Source: Priapulus caudatus (Eukaryota). From it: a DNA stretch of 51,455 bases. A program made the position numbers and the translations under genes. The stretch spans positions 259,288-310,742 of the forward strand of contig NW_014577067.1 of NCBI RefSeq assembly GCF_000485595.1, read 5' to 3'. Of this stretch, positions 51,020-51,455 are shown piece after piece (position 1 is the stretch's first letter; each line of letters opens with the position of its first letter). The notes below the pieces were generated by a model. That model saw nothing but the letters and a program-made list of their open reading frames with translations. It did no database searches and was not told the origin of the DNA.

Positions 51020-51025
51020 AATAAA
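51020..51025 (+). terminator. Candidate polyadenylation signal AATAAA of the Fat 3' UTR
   Basis: AATAAA ~1.3 kb after the stop, ATTAAA nearby and a T/GT-rich stretch downstream. Confidence 0.35.
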
Positions 51026-51455
51026 TTTCGACAATACTTTTATAAATTAAAATGGATCTGTTTTTGTAAATCTGTATGGTCGTGTGACATCCATCCTTTA
51101 ACGGTTAACATCTATAGTATACGCAATACGATTTTTAATGTTGCTGATGCAAGATTCGAATAGATACCATGATTTGCACTGTACACATACCGCGGTTAAA
51201 TGACTGGAAAAAATTGGTCAATAATCGGTTGATTTGGTTATAAATAAGCAAGTCCCAAATTTTATACCAGTGAAATCTATCTATTTATTACGATCCAAAA
51301 AAAATCATGTTTATGATATTTCAAGTTTTCTTTTAGTGTTACATTGATATGACATGATTGAAAATAACTACATGTATTTAGCAGCAAATATCAGTGCGAA
51401 CTTATTGTCATTTTGGGTCCCAGAATGCAGGAAATTGCATCTCGGAATCAAAAAT

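Overview
Animal (probably invertebrate bilaterian) genomic DNA. It carries the 3' part of a + strand Fat/Fat4-type giant atypical cadherin gene. Twenty phase-compatible GT-AG coding exons run from 8456 to the stop at 49711-49713. They encode about 19 cadherin repeats, 4 EGF, LamG, EGF, LamG, an EGF-like unit, a TM helix and a Fat-type cytoplasmic tail ending EEYV. The N-terminal exons lie upstream of the window. The introns are rich in microsatellites, minisatellites and small DNA-transposon relics. Three anomalies affect the gene model, all most likely assembly-related: an indel-riddled stretch (~39705-40330), a near-identical 1.45-kb tandem duplication of three exons that would frameshift if both copies were spliced in, and a ~730-bp piece of the cytoplasmic exon that sits in reverse orientation and hides the conserved HYDxxNASSIAxSD motif on the - strand. 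The most interesting probably-biological pattern is a dispersed set of 35-52 bp palindromes with CARGAG...CTCYTG ends and 7-bp flanking duplications, which resemble P-superfamily excision footprints. I found no evidence for a novel protein-coding system.
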